A DNA stretch of 64,000 bases from an uncultured Chloroflexia bacterium (GTDB lineage: Bacteria; Chloroflexota; Limnocylindria; Limnocylindrales; CSP1-4): assembly GCA_963748625.1 (NCBI GenBank), contig CAVVJT010000007.1, forward strand, positions 1,216,001 to 1,280,000. Reading direction: 5' to 3'. Each line of letters starts with the position of its first letter. The stretch's first letter is position 1. The position numbers and the translations under genes were made by a program. Shown piece after piece: positions 1 through 12,842 of this stretch. Below the pieces are notes generated by a model. It saw only the letters and a program-made list of their open reading frames with translations. It was not told the origin of the DNA and searched no databases.

Positions 1-1665
1 GTCGATGAAGCCCGGATCCTGGTGGCTGAACCCGTTGTGGTCCTGGCGCCACACGAGTGAGCTGAGCAGGTAGTTGAGCGATGCGATGGGCTGGCGCCAC
101 GGGATGTCGCGGGTCACCTTGAGCCACTTCGCATGCTGGTTGAACATCGAGTCGACGATGTGGATGAAGGCTTCGTAGCAGTTGAAGACGCCGTGCCGGC
201 CGGTGAGCAGGTAGCCCTCGAGCCAGCCCTGGCACTGGTGCTCGGACAGCATCTCCATCACCCGGCCGTCCGGGGAGAGGCCCTCGTCGGTGGGGACCAG
301 CTCCGCCATCCAGGTGCGGTCGGTCACCTCCAGCACGGCGCCCAGCCGGTTCGACGCGGTCTCGTCCGGCCCGAAGACCCGGAAGGTCTCCATGTTCCTG
401 GCCATCACGTCGCGCAGCCAGGTGCCCATCACGCGGGTCGCCTCGGCGATGGTCACGCCGGGCGCAGGGACATCCACCGCATACGAGCGGAAGTCGGGCA
501 GGGCGAGGTCGCGCAGGAGGATGCCGCCGTTGGCGTGCGGGTTGGCGCTCATCCGCCGGTAGCTCTTGGGCGGCAGGTCCGCGAGCTCGGGGAGCAGGGC
601 GCCGTCCGCGTCGAACAGCTCCTCGGGCTTGTAGCTGCGCATCCAGGTCTCGAGGATGTCCCGGTTCCGGGCGTTCTTCCGGACCTCGCTCATCGGCACC
701 TGGTGCGAGCGCCAGTTGCCCTCGACCGGCTTGCCGTCGATCTCCTTGGGGCCGGTCCAGCCCTTGGGCGTCCGCAGCACGATCATCGGCCAAGCCGGAC
801 GCTCCACGACGCCGTCCTCGCGGGCCGCCTTCTGGATCGCGTGGATCTCGGTGACCACGGTGTCCAGGGTCGCCGCCATCTGCTGGTGGACACGCGCAGG
901 ATCGTCGCCCTCGACGAAGTACGGCTTGTAGCCGTAGCCCTCCATGAGCGCTGCCAACTCCTCCTTCGGGATCCGCGCGAGCACCGTGGGGTTCGCGATC
1001 TTGTAGCCGTTGAGATGGAGGATCGGCAGGACGGCGCCGTCGCGAGCGGGATCGATGAACTTGTTCGAATGCCAGCTGGTGGCCAGGGGTCCCGTCTCGG
1101 CCTCGCCGTCGCCCACGACCGCGCACACGACGAGGTCCGGGTTGTCGAACGCTGCGCCGTACGCGTGCGAGAGCGCATAGCCCAGCTCGCCGCCTTCGTG
1201 GATGGAGCCGGGGGTCTCGGGCGCCACGTGGCTCGGGATGCCGCCCGGGAACGAGAACTGGCGGAAGAGCTTGCGCAGACCCTCGGCATCGCGGGTGATG
1301 CTCGGGTAGACCTCGCTGTAGGTGCCCTCGAGGTACGCGTTGGCCACGATCCCGGGACCGCCGTGCCCGGGCCCGATGATGTAGATGGCATCGAGGTCCC
1401 AGTTCCGGATGACCCGGTTCATGTGGGCGTAGATGAAGTTCAGGCCCGGCGTGGTGCCCCAGTGGCCCAGGAGGCGCGGCTTCACGTGTTCCGGCAGCAG
1501 CGGCTCGCGCAGGAGTGGGTTGTCGAGCAGGTAGATCTGCCCTACCGAGAGGTAGTTGGCCGCGCGCCAGTAGGCGTCGATCCTGGCGAGGTCGCTGCTC
1601 GAGAGGGGCGTGGCGTCGGCGCCGATGGTGACGGCGGTCGCCAGGGTCGAGGGCTGGAGGGTCAC
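1..1665 (-). CDS. xfp: Phosphoketolase (xylulose-5-P/fructose-6-P), 3' end runs off window
   Basis: Manual minus-strand translation from GTG 1665: ...[29 protein letters not shown]...GHWGTTPG...GPGHG, the XFP N-terminus. AAGGGA upstream. Absent from the ORF track because there is no stop in the window. Confidence 0.95.
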   Translation of the reverse strand, partial: MTLQPSTLATAVTIGADATPLSSSDLARIDAYWRAANYLSVGQIYLLDNPLLREPLLPEHVKPRLLGHWGTTPGLNFIYAHMNRVIRNWDLDAIYIIGPGHGGPGIVANAYLEGTYSEVYPSITRDAEGLRKLFRQFSFPGGIPSHVAPETPGSIHEGGELGYALSHAYGAAFDNPDLVVCAVVGDGEAETGPLATSWHSNKFIDPARDGAVLPILHLNGYKIANPTVLARIPKEELAALMEGYGYKPYFVEGDDPARVHQQMAATLDTVVTEIHAIQKAAREDGVVERPAWPMIVLRTPKGWTGPKEIDGKPVEGNWRSHQVPMSEVRKNARNRDILETWMRSYKPEELFDADGALLPELADLPPKSYRRMSANPHANGGILLRDLALPDFRSYAVDVPAPGVTIAEATRVMGTWLRDVMARNMETFRVFGPDETASNRLGAVLEVTDRTWMAELVPTDEGLSPDGRVMEMLSEHQCQGWLEGYLLTGRHGVFNCYEAFIHIVDSMFNQHAKWLKVTRDIPWRQPIASLNYLLSSLVWRQDHNGFSHQDPGFID

Positions 1666-1803
1666 GGGTCGATCCCTTGCGTACGGATTGGCACCAGTCT
1701 ACGACCGCCCATTGACGCCAGATGACGGGCTGTCACCTCGTGTGCAGCGGGTCCTGGGCCATGGCCCGGCCTCCTCGTCTGGGGCGGCCATGCGCCCCGC
1801 CGC

Positions 1804-2469
1804 CTACGCCTCCGGTGCCTGCGCCCCGTCGCGACCGAGCCACGCCCCGAGCCCGCCGAGCACGCGGGCCGTCATGCCCCACACGTTGAGCCCGTCCACC
1901 GGGTACGCGGCGTACGTCAGGTCCCAGCCCCGGATCACGCGCCGTACCTGCACCAGCGGCGCGTCCGGGAGGAATGCCGCGACCGGCGGCTCAAGGATCG
2001 CCGCCACCTCGCTCACCTGGGCTGCCATCATCGGACGCCGCTCCGCCACCGCGACCACTGGTGTGACGGCGAAGTTGGACACGGGAACCCATTGGATCGA
2101 CAGCGTGCCGAGCACCCGCACTCCCGCCTGCGCGGGGTCAAGGCCCACCTCCTCGGCCGCCTCGCGAAGCGAGGTGGCCACGATGTCCGCGTCATCGGGC
2201 TCGGCGCGGCCGCCCGGGAACGAGACCTCGCCCGAGTGGTGGCCGCCCCGATCGGCGCGCTCGGTGAGGACGAGGCGCGCAACCCCGTCGGCGTCCGGGT
2301 AGATCAGAACGAGGACCGCGGCCGGCCGGGCCGATGCGTCAGCCTCGCCCCAGGAGGGCCGCGGCCGTGGGGCGCCGGTCTCGGCGAAGACCGGGATCAG
2401 CGCCTCGGGGGCGTCGGGCAGGGGATCAGGCAGTATCTTCAGCCGCCGGACGGCCTCGTCGAACCGCAT
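1804..2469 (-). CDS. Nudix hydrolase, CoA pyrophosphatase family
   Basis: AAVLVL..LTER..HSGEVSFPGG..ATSLREAAEEVG Nudix box and C-terminal VWGMTA. Confidence 0.9.
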   Translation of the reverse strand: MRFDEAVRRLKILPDPLPDAPEALIPVFAETGAPRPRPSWGEADASARPAAVLVLIYPDADGVARLVLTERADRGGHHSGEVSFPGGRAEPDDADIVATSLREAAEEVGLDPAQAGVRVLGTLSIQWVPVSNFAVTPVVAVAERRPMMAAQVSEVAAILEPPVAAFLPDAPLVQVRRVIRGWDLTYAAYPVDGLNVWGMTARVLGGLGAWLGRDGAQAPEA

Positions 2470-2481
2470 CAGGGCCGACCG

Positions 2482-2919
2482 TCAGCCGGTGGCGCCGGGC
2501 ACGATGACGCTGAATCCCTCGCGCCGCGCGGCCTCAGCGAGGCGAACATCGCAGGTGACGAAGGGCACGGTCGCGGGATTTGCGTCGGCCATCAGAGTCG
2601 CCGCGGCGAGCTGGAGTGCATCGCCGGCGCGCAGTTGGTGGACGCGCAGCAACCTGTTCGCTGATCGACGCACCGTGGGCGCCGGTTGTACCTCCTGCCA
2701 CGACGAGGCGAGTGTGTCCAAACGGGCCAGCGCGGCGGTCACTTCAATGCTCGTCAGCGATCCTGACCGTTCCAGCCGCGAGATGGCCGAGACGCACTCC
2801 GTCTCCGTTCCCCACCACGCCGCTACAGCCTCGTCCGTTGCCATGAGCTGAAGTGCGGCCTCGCTGGCCGGCTGGCCGGTCAGCAGGGGAACGATCGCGG
2901 AGCTGTCCCAGAACCTCAC
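2482..2919 (-). CDS. vapC: VapC-type PIN-domain toxin
   Basis: FWDSSAIV, ECVSAI, LRAGDALQLAAA, FVTCD acidic PIN motifs; overlaps the antitoxin stop by 4 nt. Confidence 0.9.
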   Translation of the reverse strand: MRFWDSSAIVPLLTGQPASEAALQLMATDEAVAAWWGTETECVSAISRLERSGSLTSIEVTAALARLDTLASSWQEVQPAPTVRRSANRLLRVHQLRAGDALQLAAATLMADANPATVPFVTCDVRLAEAARREGFSVIVPGATG

Positions 2920-3206
2920 CGGCCGCTCCGGCGCTCTTCGAGAAGCGCATCGACCACCGAGACTCCCGAGGCCGGGATCGGAGGCAGCTTCAGGAAGCCG
3001 GGCGGAAGCTTGCCCGAACCCCGCTTGAGCAGGCCCATGCGCTCCAGGCGGCGCAGGTGGCCCTCGGGATCCGTCAGCGCGGTCACCGGCTCCAGCCGGG
3101 CCACGGGCACGCCGCGGTCCAGGATCACGATCGTCTCGCCGGCCTTCACCCGGTCGATCAGCGCGGAGAGCCCGTTCTTGACCTCGGTGATCGTCGCAGT
3201 CGTCAT
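2916..3206 (-). CDS. Phd/YefM-family antitoxin
   Basis: MTTATITEVKNGLSALIDRVKAGETIVILDRGVPVARL; start reassigned to ATG 3206. Confidence 0.9.
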   Translation of the reverse strand: MTTATITEVKNGLSALIDRVKAGETIVILDRGVPVARLEPVTALTDPEGHLRRLERMGLLKRGSGKLPPGFLKLPPIPASGVSVVDALLEERRSGR

Positions 3207-3225
3207 CTGGCTAGAATAGCCAGAT
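3205..3225. promoter_or_regulatory. TA operator palindrome overlapping -10 and start codon
   Basis: Perfect inverted repeat ATCTGGCTA-GAA-TAGCCAGAT; minus-strand TATTCT lies 6 nt before the ATG. Confidence 0.75.
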
Positions 3226-3270
3226 CGATCCGGCGCAACAAGCCCTATTCCGGCGTCACAACCCCTGATC

Positions 3271-6012
3271 CTAGTTGACGAGGTCGCCACCGTCGCGCTT
3301 GGGCGTCGTTGCCTCCTCGAGCGGGGGCAGGTCGAACGCCGAGGGCCGGTCCTCCTCACCGCCCGCGCCGGCCGTCCGAGCGTCCCGCCGGATGCCCGCA
3401 TCCGCGACCACCGTGGACGACGCGCTCGAGAACACCAGTGCCCCCGCCACCGGGTCCGCGTCCGCCAGCACCAGGTCGCCCGCCTTGAACGTCCCGCCGA
3501 GGAGCGCCCTCGCGAAGGGGTTCTCCACCAGCCGCTGGATCGTCCGCTTGAGCGGCCGCGCGCCGAAGGCGGCATCCGTGCCTTCCCGCACGATCAGCGC
3601 CCGGGCCGCCGGGGTCACCTCGAGGGCGAGCCCGTTGGCCGCGACCCGACCCTGCAGGTCGGCCAGGAGCAGGTCCACGATCGCGACGAGCTCCGCGTCG
3701 GTCAGCGCGTGGAACACGATGACCTCGTCGATCCGGTTGAGGAACTCCGGACGGAAGGCGCCACGCAGGTCGTCGGTGACCCGGCGCTTCATCGACGCGT
3801 AGTCCTCGCCGCCGGGGCGGCCGGCGAAGGCCATGATCTGCTGCGATCCGATGTTGGAGGTCATGATCACGACGGTGTTCTTGAAGTCCACCGTCCGCCC
3901 CTGCGAGTCGGTCAGGCGGCCGTCGTCGAGGACCTGGAGCAGGACGTTGAACACGTCCGGGTGCGCCTTCTCGATCTCGTCGAGCAGGATCACCTGGTAT
4001 GGCCGCCGCCGGACGGCCTCGGTCAGCTGGCCGCCCTCCTCGTAGCCGACGTAGCCCGGAGGCGCCCCGACCAGACGGGAGACCGCGAACTTCTCCATGT
4101 ACTCGGACATGTCGATGCGCACCATCGCCTGCTCGTCGTCGAACAGGAACTGGGCCAGCGCCCGCGCGAGCTCGGTCTTGCCGACGCCGGTGGGCCCGAG
4201 GAACAGGAACGACCCGATGGGCCGGCGCGGGTCCTTGAGTCCGGCGCGCGCGCGTCGGACGGCGTCGGACACGGCCTCGATGGCCTCGTCCTGGCCGATG
4301 ACCCGGGCGTGGAGCCGCTCCTCCATGTGGACGAGCTTCTCCAGCTCGCCCTCCATCAGGCGGGTGACCGGGATGCCCGTCCAGGCGCCCACGATCTCGG
4401 CGATGTCGTCGGCCGAGACCTCCTCCTTGAGCAGCGCACCGGGACCCTGGAGCGCGGCGATGGCCGCTTCCTGGGTCGCCTGGCGATCGGCCAGCTCGCG
4501 GGCCTTGCCGTACTTGAGCTCGGCGGCGGTGCCGTAGTCCGCCTCGCGCTCGGCCTGCTCGATGCGGACAGCTAGCTGTTCGATCTCGGACTTGGTCTCG
4601 CGCAGCGCACCGATCGCGGACTTCTCCGCCTCCCAGCGCTGCTTCATGCCGCCGGCCTCCTCGGCCAGCTCGGCGAGCTCGCGCTCCAGGGCGTCGAGGC
4701 GCGCCTTCGACGCGTCGTCGGTCTCCTTGCGCAGCGCCTCGCGCTCGATCTCCAGCTGGATCCGCCGGCGCTCCAGCTCGTCGAGCGCCACCGGCATGGA
4801 ATCGATCTCCATCCGGAGCCGGCTCGCGGCCTCGTCCACCAGGTCGATCGCCTTGTCCGGCAGGAAGCGCTCGGTGATGTAGCGGTTGGACAGCGTGGCC
4901 GCCGCCACCAGCGCGGAGTCCGTGATCCGGACGCCGTGGTGCACCTCGTACCGCTCGCGGAGGCCGCGCAGGATCGAGATGGTCTCCTCGACCGTCGGCT
5001 GGTCCACCATCACCGGCTGGAAGCGCCGCTCGAGCGCCGCGTCCTTCTCGATGTGCTTGCGGTACTCGTCGAGCGTGGTCGCGCCGATGGTGTGGAGCTC
5101 CCCGCGCGCGAGCATCGGCTTGAGCAGGTTGGACGCGTCCATCGCGCCTTCGGCCGCGCCGGCCCCCACGACGGTGTGGAGCTCGTCGATGAACAGGATC
5201 ACCCGCCCCTCGGCGTCCTTGATCTCCTTGAGGACGGCCTTGAGACGCTCCTCGAACTCGCCGCGGAACTTGGCGCCCGCGATGAGCGCGCCGAGGTCCA
5301 GCGAGACGACCTTCTTGTCCTTCAGGGTCTCGGGGACGTCGCCACGCACGATGCGCTGGGCGAGGCCTTCGGCGATGGCGGTCTTGCCGACGCCGGGCTC
5401 GCCAATCAGCACGGGGTTGTTCTTGGTGCGCCGGCTCAGGACCTGGATGACGCGCCGGATCTCCTCGTCCCGCCCGATCACCGGGTCCAGCTTGCCGGCG
5501 CGCGCCTCGGTGGTGAGGTCGCGACCGTACTTCTCGAGCGCCTGGTAGGTGCTCTCGGGGGTGGCGGTGGTCACGCGCTGGCCGCCGCGGACACCCTGGA
5601 GCGCGGTGAGGATCTGCTCCTTGCCCGCGCCGTGCCGCTCGAGCAGCTTCTGGGTGTCGCCGCCCACCTCGGCCGCGCCGATGAGCAGGTGCTCGGTGGA
5701 GGTGTACTCGTCGCCGAGGCGGCGAGCCTCCTCCTGGGCGCGGTCGATGATGCGCTTGGCGCGCGGATCCAGCGCGAGGTTGCCGCCCTGGATGCGGGCC
5801 CGGCGCGTGAGGGTGGCGGCGAGCTCGCCACGGAACGCGGCCAGGTCCACGCCCAGGCGCCGGAGCGTCTCGGCGGGGATGCCGTCGTCGGGCTCGACGA
5901 GGGCAGCGAGCAGGTGCTCCGCGTCGAGCGTGGGGCTCTGCATCCGCTCCGCGAGCGACTGGGCGTTGACGATGGCCTCCTGGGCCTTCTCGGTGAAGCG
6001 ATCGAGTTGCAT
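3271..6012 (-). CDS. clpB: ATP-dependent chaperone ClpB
   Basis: Clp N-domain, Walker A motifs GEPGVGKT and [19 protein letters not shown], coiled-coil middle domain, GAPPGYVGY. Confidence 0.97.
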   Translation of the reverse strand: MQLDRFTEKAQEAIVNAQSLAERMQSPTLDAEHLLAALVEPDDGIPAETLRRLGVDLAAFRGELAATLTRRARIQGGNLALDPRAKRIIDRAQEEARRLGDEYTSTEHLLIGAAEVGGDTQKLLERHGAGKEQILTALQGVRGGQRVTTATPESTYQALEKYGRDLTTEARAGKLDPVIGRDEEIRRVIQVLSRRTKNNPVLIGEPGVGKTAIAEGLAQRIVRGDVPETLKDKKVVSLDLGALIAGAKFRGEFEERLKAVLKEIKDAEGRVILFIDELHTVVGAGAAEGAMDASNLLKPMLARGELHTIGATTLDEYRKHIEKDAALERRFQPVMVDQPTVEETISILRGLRERYEVHHGVRITDSALVAAATLSNRYITERFLPDKAIDLVDEAASRLRMEIDSMPVALDELERRRIQLEIEREALRKETDDASKARLDALERELAELAEEAGGMKQRWEAEKSAIGALRETKSEIEQLAVRIEQAEREADYGTAAELKYGKARELADRQATQEAAIAALQGPGALLKEEVSADDIAEIVGAWTGIPVTRLMEGELEKLVHMEERLHARVIGQDEAIEAVSDAVRRARAGLKDPRRPIGSFLFLGPTGVGKTELARALAQFLFDDEQAMVRIDMSEYMEKFAVSRLVGAPPGYVGYEEGGQLTEAVRRRPYQVILLDEIEKAHPDVFNVLLQVLDDGRLTDSQGRTVDFKNTVVIMTSNIGSQQIMAFAGRPGGEDYASMKRRVTDDLRGAFRPEFLNRIDEVIVFHALTDAELVAIVDLLLADLQGRVAANGLALEVTPAARALIVREGTDAAFGARPLKRTIQRLVENPFARALLGGTFKAGDLVLADADPVAGALVFSSASSTVVADAGIRRDARTAGAGGEEDRPSAFDLPPLEEATTPKRDGGDLVN

Positions 6013-6048
6013 GGTCAGGTCTCGGGTATAGGGTGCGATGCGGCAGGC

Positions 6049-7155
6049 TCAGCCGGCCGCGCGTGGATCGGGCTGGGCGACCAGGTCAAGGAAGGCGGTC
6101 GCCGCCTCCTTCGCCGGATCGTCGAGGGGGGCGGGGAGCACGACGCGGACCTTCACGTACAGGTCGCCGGTGCCCTCCGCCTTGAAGCGGGGCATGCCCT
6201 GCCCCTTGAGGCGGATGGTCTTGCCGCCCTGTGTCCCGGCCGGGATCGTCAGGAGCAGGCGGCCCTTGAGCGTGGCGACGGGGACCTCGCCCCCCAGAAG
6301 CGCCTCGCGCAGCGTGACCGGGAGCTCGCGCTCCAAGTCCGCGCCCCGGCGCGTGAACACGTCGTGCGGGCGCACGCGCACGCTGACCACGACGTCCCTG
6401 CCGCCCGGCCCTTTGCCGGACAGGCGGATGCGGGTGCCGGTGTCCGCTCCGCGTGGGATCTGGACCTCGAAGCGCTTGCCTTCGACGTCGACCACGCGGC
6501 TGGTGCCGTGGAACGCCTCCTCAAGCGAGAGGTCGGCGGGGGCCTCGACCTCACCCTTGGCGCGCCGGGACTGGTGCTGACGGCCGGTCGAGCCGTCGCT
6601 GTCGCTCCCGGACGAGCCCGCGTTCCGGCCCATGCCCCCGAGGATGTCGGAGAACGATGCCGAGCGGCGCGATGTGCGCCCCCCTGTGGCCGGGCGCGAT
6701 CCGGTCGCCGCGCCGGCCGCGCCGGTCGCGGCGCCGTCGAAGAACATGCGGAAGAAGTCCGAGAAGTCAGGATCGCCGCCGACCCCGCCCCCCGACGTCC
6801 GGTACTCGAAGCGGGAGCCTCCGGGTCCGCCGCCGGTGCCACCCGCCGCCCCGAACCCGCCGAAGCCCGCAAACGGACCGCCCGGTCCGAAGGGATCGGC
6901 GCCGCCCCGTCCACCGCCTGTGCGCTGGTACTGGTCCCAGTTCGCGCCCAGGGCGTCGTACTGCTTGCGCTTGTCCGGATCGGACAGGACGGCATTCGCC
7001 TCGTTGAGGTCCTTGAACCGCTTCTCGGCGGACTTGTCGCCGGGGTTCCGGTCCGGATGGTGCTCGCGCGCGAGCTTGCGGAACGCCTTCTTGATGTCGG
7101 CCTGACTGGCCGACCTCGGCACTCCGAGGATCGCGTAGTAGTCGCGGTACTCCAT
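6049..7155 (-). CDS. DnaJ-class co-chaperone without zinc finger (CbpA-like)
   Basis: J-domain with HPD, G/F-rich linker, DnaJ C-terminal domain; no CxxCxGxG repeats. Confidence 0.92.
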   Translation of the reverse strand: MEYRDYYAILGVPRSASQADIKKAFRKLAREHHPDRNPGDKSAEKRFKDLNEANAVLSDPDKRKQYDALGANWDQYQRTGGGRGGADPFGPGGPFAGFGGFGAAGGTGGGPGGSRFEYRTSGGGVGGDPDFSDFFRMFFDGAATGAAGAATGSRPATGGRTSRRSASFSDILGGMGRNAGSSGSDSDGSTGRQHQSRRAKGEVEAPADLSLEEAFHGTSRVVDVEGKRFEVQIPRGADTGTRIRLSGKGPGGRDVVVSVRVRPHDVFTRRGADLERELPVTLREALLGGEVPVATLKGRLLLTIPAGTQGGKTIRLKGQGMPRFKAEGTGDLYVKVRVVLPAPLDDPAKEAATAFLDLVAQPDPRAAG

Positions 7156-7227
7156 CCTCAGTCCCCCAACCCCTGGAGGGACCGGCCCGTCGTCCGGACC
7201 GGCTCCCCCACGGGACCCGGGTTGCCC

Positions 7228-9723
<2,496 letters not shown>

Positions 9724-9796
9724 TCGGGTTCTCCCTGGTGGTGGGCCGACCCTGGGGCCGGCGGACGGTTCGGTGTGAGCTGGGTGGATGGGGACG

Positions 9797-10204
9797 CTAC
9801 GGGGTCTGGTCCGAACCGTCGTCCGGCCTGGGACCCGGGGGGGCAGGGGTTCGACCCGCCGCACGGCCTGCGCCGCTGGGCTGGTCCTCCCCCCTGTCAC
9901 GGGTCCCTTCGTCGTAGAGGGCCTCGAGGATCCTTTTGCCAAGGCGTTCCTCGAGCTCGAACAGGGTGCGAACCCCGGCGAGGTTCACGCCGCGGTCACG
10001 GGTGAGGTGCCGGATCCACAGGATCCGGCGGATGTCCTCCTCCGAGTAGAGGCGGATGTTGGTGGGTGTGCGTGCCGGACAGACCAGGCCCTCGTCCTCG
10101 TAGATCCGCAACGTCCTCGGGTGGGCGGACACGAGGGTCGCGGCCACGCTGATGACGTAGACGGGTCGAGTGGGGTCCCGGTCAGGCCGGCGCGCAGCCG
10201 ACAT
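9797..10204 (-). CDS. hspR: MerR-family heat-shock regulator (HspR-like)
   Basis: PVYVISVAATLVSAHPRTLRIYE..GLV.P.RT..N.RLYS..D..GVNLAGV; located inside the chaperone operon. Confidence 0.85.
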   Translation of the reverse strand: MSAARRPDRDPTRPVYVISVAATLVSAHPRTLRIYEDEGLVCPARTPTNIRLYSEEDIRRILWIRHLTRDRGVNLAGVRTLFELEERLGKRILEALYDEGTRDRGEDQPSGAGRAAGRTPAPPGPRPDDGSDQTP

Positions 10205-10205
10205 G

Positions 10206-10712
10206 TCAGGCAGAGGGGGTTGCGGTGGCGGGCGCCGTGGACTCGAGGGTCTTCGCCTCGCCGGTGCTCACGGGCTGGATCCGGATCTGGCGCGGCTTCA
10301 CCTGCTCTGCCCTCGGCAGGCGCAGGCGCAGGACGCCGTTCTCGAACGTCGCCTCGGTCTTGTCCGGCTCCAGGCCGGTCGGCAGGGTCACGGTCCGCAT
10401 CACGGAACCGCGGCTGATCTCCCGGACGACCCAGCCGGCCCGCTCATCCGTCTCCTCCGAGCGGTCCTCGGCACGGATGGTGAGGGTGCCGTTCTCCACG
10501 GTGATGTCCACGTCCTCGGGCTTGAAGCCCGGGAGGGAGGCGGTCACGAGGAGGGCGTCCTTGGTGGTTCGGACATCGAGCGGGATGCGCGCGTCGCCGG
10601 CGCTCCCGTAGGCCGCGTACGGCCGGAACACGGTGTCATCGAAGAGGCGGTCCATCGCCTGGCGAAGCGTCACGAGCTCGCTGAAGGGCGACGGGCGACG
10701 GGTCATCGTCAT
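10206..10712 (-). CDS. Hsp20/alpha-crystallin small heat-shock protein
   Basis: LPGFKPEDVDITVENGTLTI...ATFENGVLRLRLP; start ATG 10712 with AGGAGG RBS. Confidence 0.95.
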   Translation of the reverse strand: MTMTRRPSPFSELVTLRQAMDRLFDDTVFRPYAAYGSAGDARIPLDVRTTKDALLVTASLPGFKPEDVDITVENGTLTIRAEDRSEETDERAGWVVREISRGSVMRTVTLPTGLEPDKTEATFENGVLRLRLPRAEQVKPRQIRIQPVSTGEAKTLESTAPATATPSA

Positions 10713-10789
10713 CGGGTCGATCCTCCTGCATCCTGCCGGCGGGGACGCCGCCGGCACGGGTGGGATTGGGTTGAGGGTTGCCTTCGCGA

Positions 10790-10819
10790 ACGATAGAACC
10801 ATGACAATGACATTGTCAA
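10790..10819 (-). promoter_or_regulatory. Sigma70-type promoter of the heat-shock operon with an overlapping 17-bp palindrome
   Basis: Minus strand TTGACA-18 nt-TATCGT; TGACAATG-A-CATTGTCA at 10802-10818. Confidence 0.75.
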
Positions 10820-10860
10820 GTCTTCTGCGCCTGGAGCAGGTTGAGATCCTGTCCGCACCC

Positions 10861-11026
10861 CGCCCGTGGCCCGCGCAGGAAAGCCCGCGCAGCTTCCGCC
10901 GACTCCGCTGGGAGTCACCATGGCACGGTCCGTGCGGCGAGCGTGCAACTACATCGAGGTCGCTGCACGGTTCGTGCACAAGGCGTCGATCCTTGACTCG
11001 AGCCGGAGTCAGGGGTCCCAAGGGCG
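10861..11026 (-). ncRNA. Candidate structured RNA (6S-like rod), or paired operator palindromes
   Basis: Nested pairings 10899-10907/11004-11012, 10912-17/10994-99, 10932-35/10976-79 and 10943-49/10962-68, with a 14x14-nt central bubble; G-U pairs favour the minus strand. Confidence 0.35.
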
Positions 11027-11116
11027 ACGTTCCAGCCCCCGGGCCCAGCCCACTGGCCCAGCCCCCGGACCCCGGAGGCGCCCCGGACCCCGCCCACGAC
11101 GCGCGAGCGATCGAGG

Positions 11117-11788
11117 CTAGATCTCGACGGGCTCTCCGATGAGCTGCAAGCGCAGCTCCGCCTCGCAGTCGGGCCGCCCGATCGCGATCACCTTGTCGCC
11201 CTCGGCAAGCACCACGTTCCCGGTCAGGGGACGCGGCTCGCCGTTGCGGATGACACCGAACATCGAGCAGCCCGCGGGCACCGGGATGTCCAGCGCGAGC
11301 TTGCCGATGGCCGGCGAACCCGGCTGCAGGTGCGCCTCGATGATCTCGAGCTCGCCCACGCCCAGGGCCGCGAGGTGCAGCAGCTCGTGCACCGGGATGT
11401 CCTGCTCGATGGAGCCCAGGATCATCCGGGTGGGCGAGATGATCTCGTCCACGCCCAGGTGCCGGAACAGCTGCTCGTTCTTGGGGTTGTTGACGCGGGC
11501 GATCGTCCGGGGAACGTCGAAGTGGTGCTTCGCCATCTGGCAGATGACGAGGTTGTCCTCGTCATCGCCGGTGACCGCGGCCACGATGTCCGCGCGGTTG
11601 GCCCCGGCCTCCTGGAGGTACTTGCCCTCGCAGCCGTCCTGGCCGATGACCACCGACCCGATCTCGTCAGCGATCTGCTCCGCCCGCCTGCGGTCCTTCT
11701 CCATGAGGGCCACCTCGTGGCCCGATGCGATCAGCTCCTTGGTCAGGTAGTAGCCCACCTTCCCGCCGCCGACGACAAGCACGAACAT
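11117..11788 (-). CDS. trkA: TrkA/KtrA family K+ transport regulator (RCK_N + RCK_C)
   Basis: VVGGGKVG NAD-fold, AVTGDDEDNL, TIARVNNP, C-terminal TrkA_C. Confidence 0.9.
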   Translation of the reverse strand: MFVLVVGGGKVGYYLTKELIASGHEVALMEKDRRRAEQIADEIGSVVIGQDGCEGKYLQEAGANRADIVAAVTGDDEDNLVICQMAKHHFDVPRTIARVNNPKNEQLFRHLGVDEIISPTRMILGSIEQDIPVHELLHLAALGVGELEIIEAHLQPGSPAIGKLALDIPVPAGCSMFGVIRNGEPRPLTGNVVLAEGDKVIAIGRPDCEAELRLQLIGEPVEI

Positions 11789-11792
11789 GGGT

Positions 11793-12257
11793 CTACTCCT
11801 CCGAGTCGCCGTCGTGGGCGTGGGCCGTCGGCGGGTAGATGCCCGGCCGGTCGCCCGTCGCCTGGCCGAGGAAGCCCAGGACGGCCGACATCATCAGGTT
11901 CGTCCGGCACAGGGCGGCGACGCCCAGGTGGGCGTAGGCCTCGGCGCGGACCGGATCGTTGATCTTGGCGATGACACGCTTCGCGCCCAGCGCCTCCTGG
12001 CCCAGCTGTGCGGCCATGACGTTGCGGTTGTCGCCCTCGGTGGCCGTGAGGAACAGGTCGGCGTCCGTCGCACCAGCTCGACGCAGGGTGTCCTCGTCGG
12101 TACCGTCGCCACGTAGCGCGGTGCCGCCGAAGGCCGCCGGCAGCCGGTCGAAGGCGGACGCGGAGAGGTCAAGGATCAGGACCTGCCAGCCGGCCCGGTC
12201 CAGGTCGTCGGCCAAGCCGGCCCCGACGCGACCACAGCCGACGATGACGGCTTTCAT
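11793..12257 (-). CDS. TrkA-N domain protein (RCK_N only)
   Basis: IVGCGRVG, GDGTDED.L..AG, TEGDNRN, VIAKINDP. Confidence 0.88.
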   Translation of the reverse strand: MKAVIVGCGRVGAGLADDLDRAGWQVLILDLSASAFDRLPAAFGGTALRGDGTDEDTLRRAGATDADLFLTATEGDNRNVMAAQLGQEALGAKRVIAKINDPVRAEAYAHLGVAALCRTNLMMSAVLGFLGQATGDRPGIYPPTAHAHDGDSEE

Positions 12258-12712
12258 GCTTGCTCCTCGGGCATCGCCTCGCGGACGACCCAGACGCCGC
12301 AGGGGGCGTTCTTCAGGATGTACGGGATGGTCCGGCCCACGGCGAACTCGCCGCCGAAACGGCGGCGGAACGGCAGGCCGCAGATGATGAGGTCCGCCCC
12401 CCGCTCGGTCGCCTCGTCCACGATCGCTGCGCCGACGTCACGCGCCTGCAGCAGGACGGTCTCGAGCTGGTACTTGGATGCCTCAGCGGTTGTCTCGGCA
12501 ATGTCGAGGACCCGCTGCGCCTGCTCGTCATGGCCGGCAATGTCCGCATCCAGGGGATGCGTCCAGTCGATCTCCACCACGTGCACACCGACGAGCTCGG
12601 CATGGCCCTGGCGGGCGAGGTCCGCGGCGAGTGCCACGATCGGCCGGTCCGTCCGGCCACCGGACAGTGCTACGACAGCACGCCGGAATTGCGGTGCCGA
12701 CGAGTCGGCCAC
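12254..12712 (-). CDS. Universal stress protein
   Basis: VVALSG..., ELVGVHVVE, IVDEA.ERGADLII.G, ILKNAPCGVWVVR. Confidence 0.88.
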   Translation of the reverse strand: MADSSAPQFRRAVVALSGGRTDRPIVALAADLARQGHAELVGVHVVEIDWTHPLDADIAGHDEQAQRVLDIAETTAEASKYQLETVLLQARDVGAAIVDEATERGADLIICGLPFRRRFGGEFAVGRTIPYILKNAPCGVWVVREAMPEEQA

Positions 12713-12842
12713 GATGCTCAGGAGCCTCCAGGATCAGGCGACGACCCGGGCCTCTGGGGCGCTCCCGGACGTGTCGTCGCGACGGGTCACGATACCACCG
12801 GGTCGTGATGACCACCCCTACGGTTCGGTCGACTCCGCAGGG

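Noticed and set aside
133-1725. 530-aa + strand ORF
   Set aside because: Antisense shadow of the minus-strand phosphoketolase.
11030-11096. G-quadruplex-like G tracts on the minus strand
   Set aside because: Expected by chance at this GC content; no independent support.
10713-11116. Canonical HAIR or CIRCE element
   Set aside because: Neither CTTGAGT-N7-ACTCAAG nor TTAGCACTC-N9-GAGTGCTAA is present; different palindromes are reported instead.
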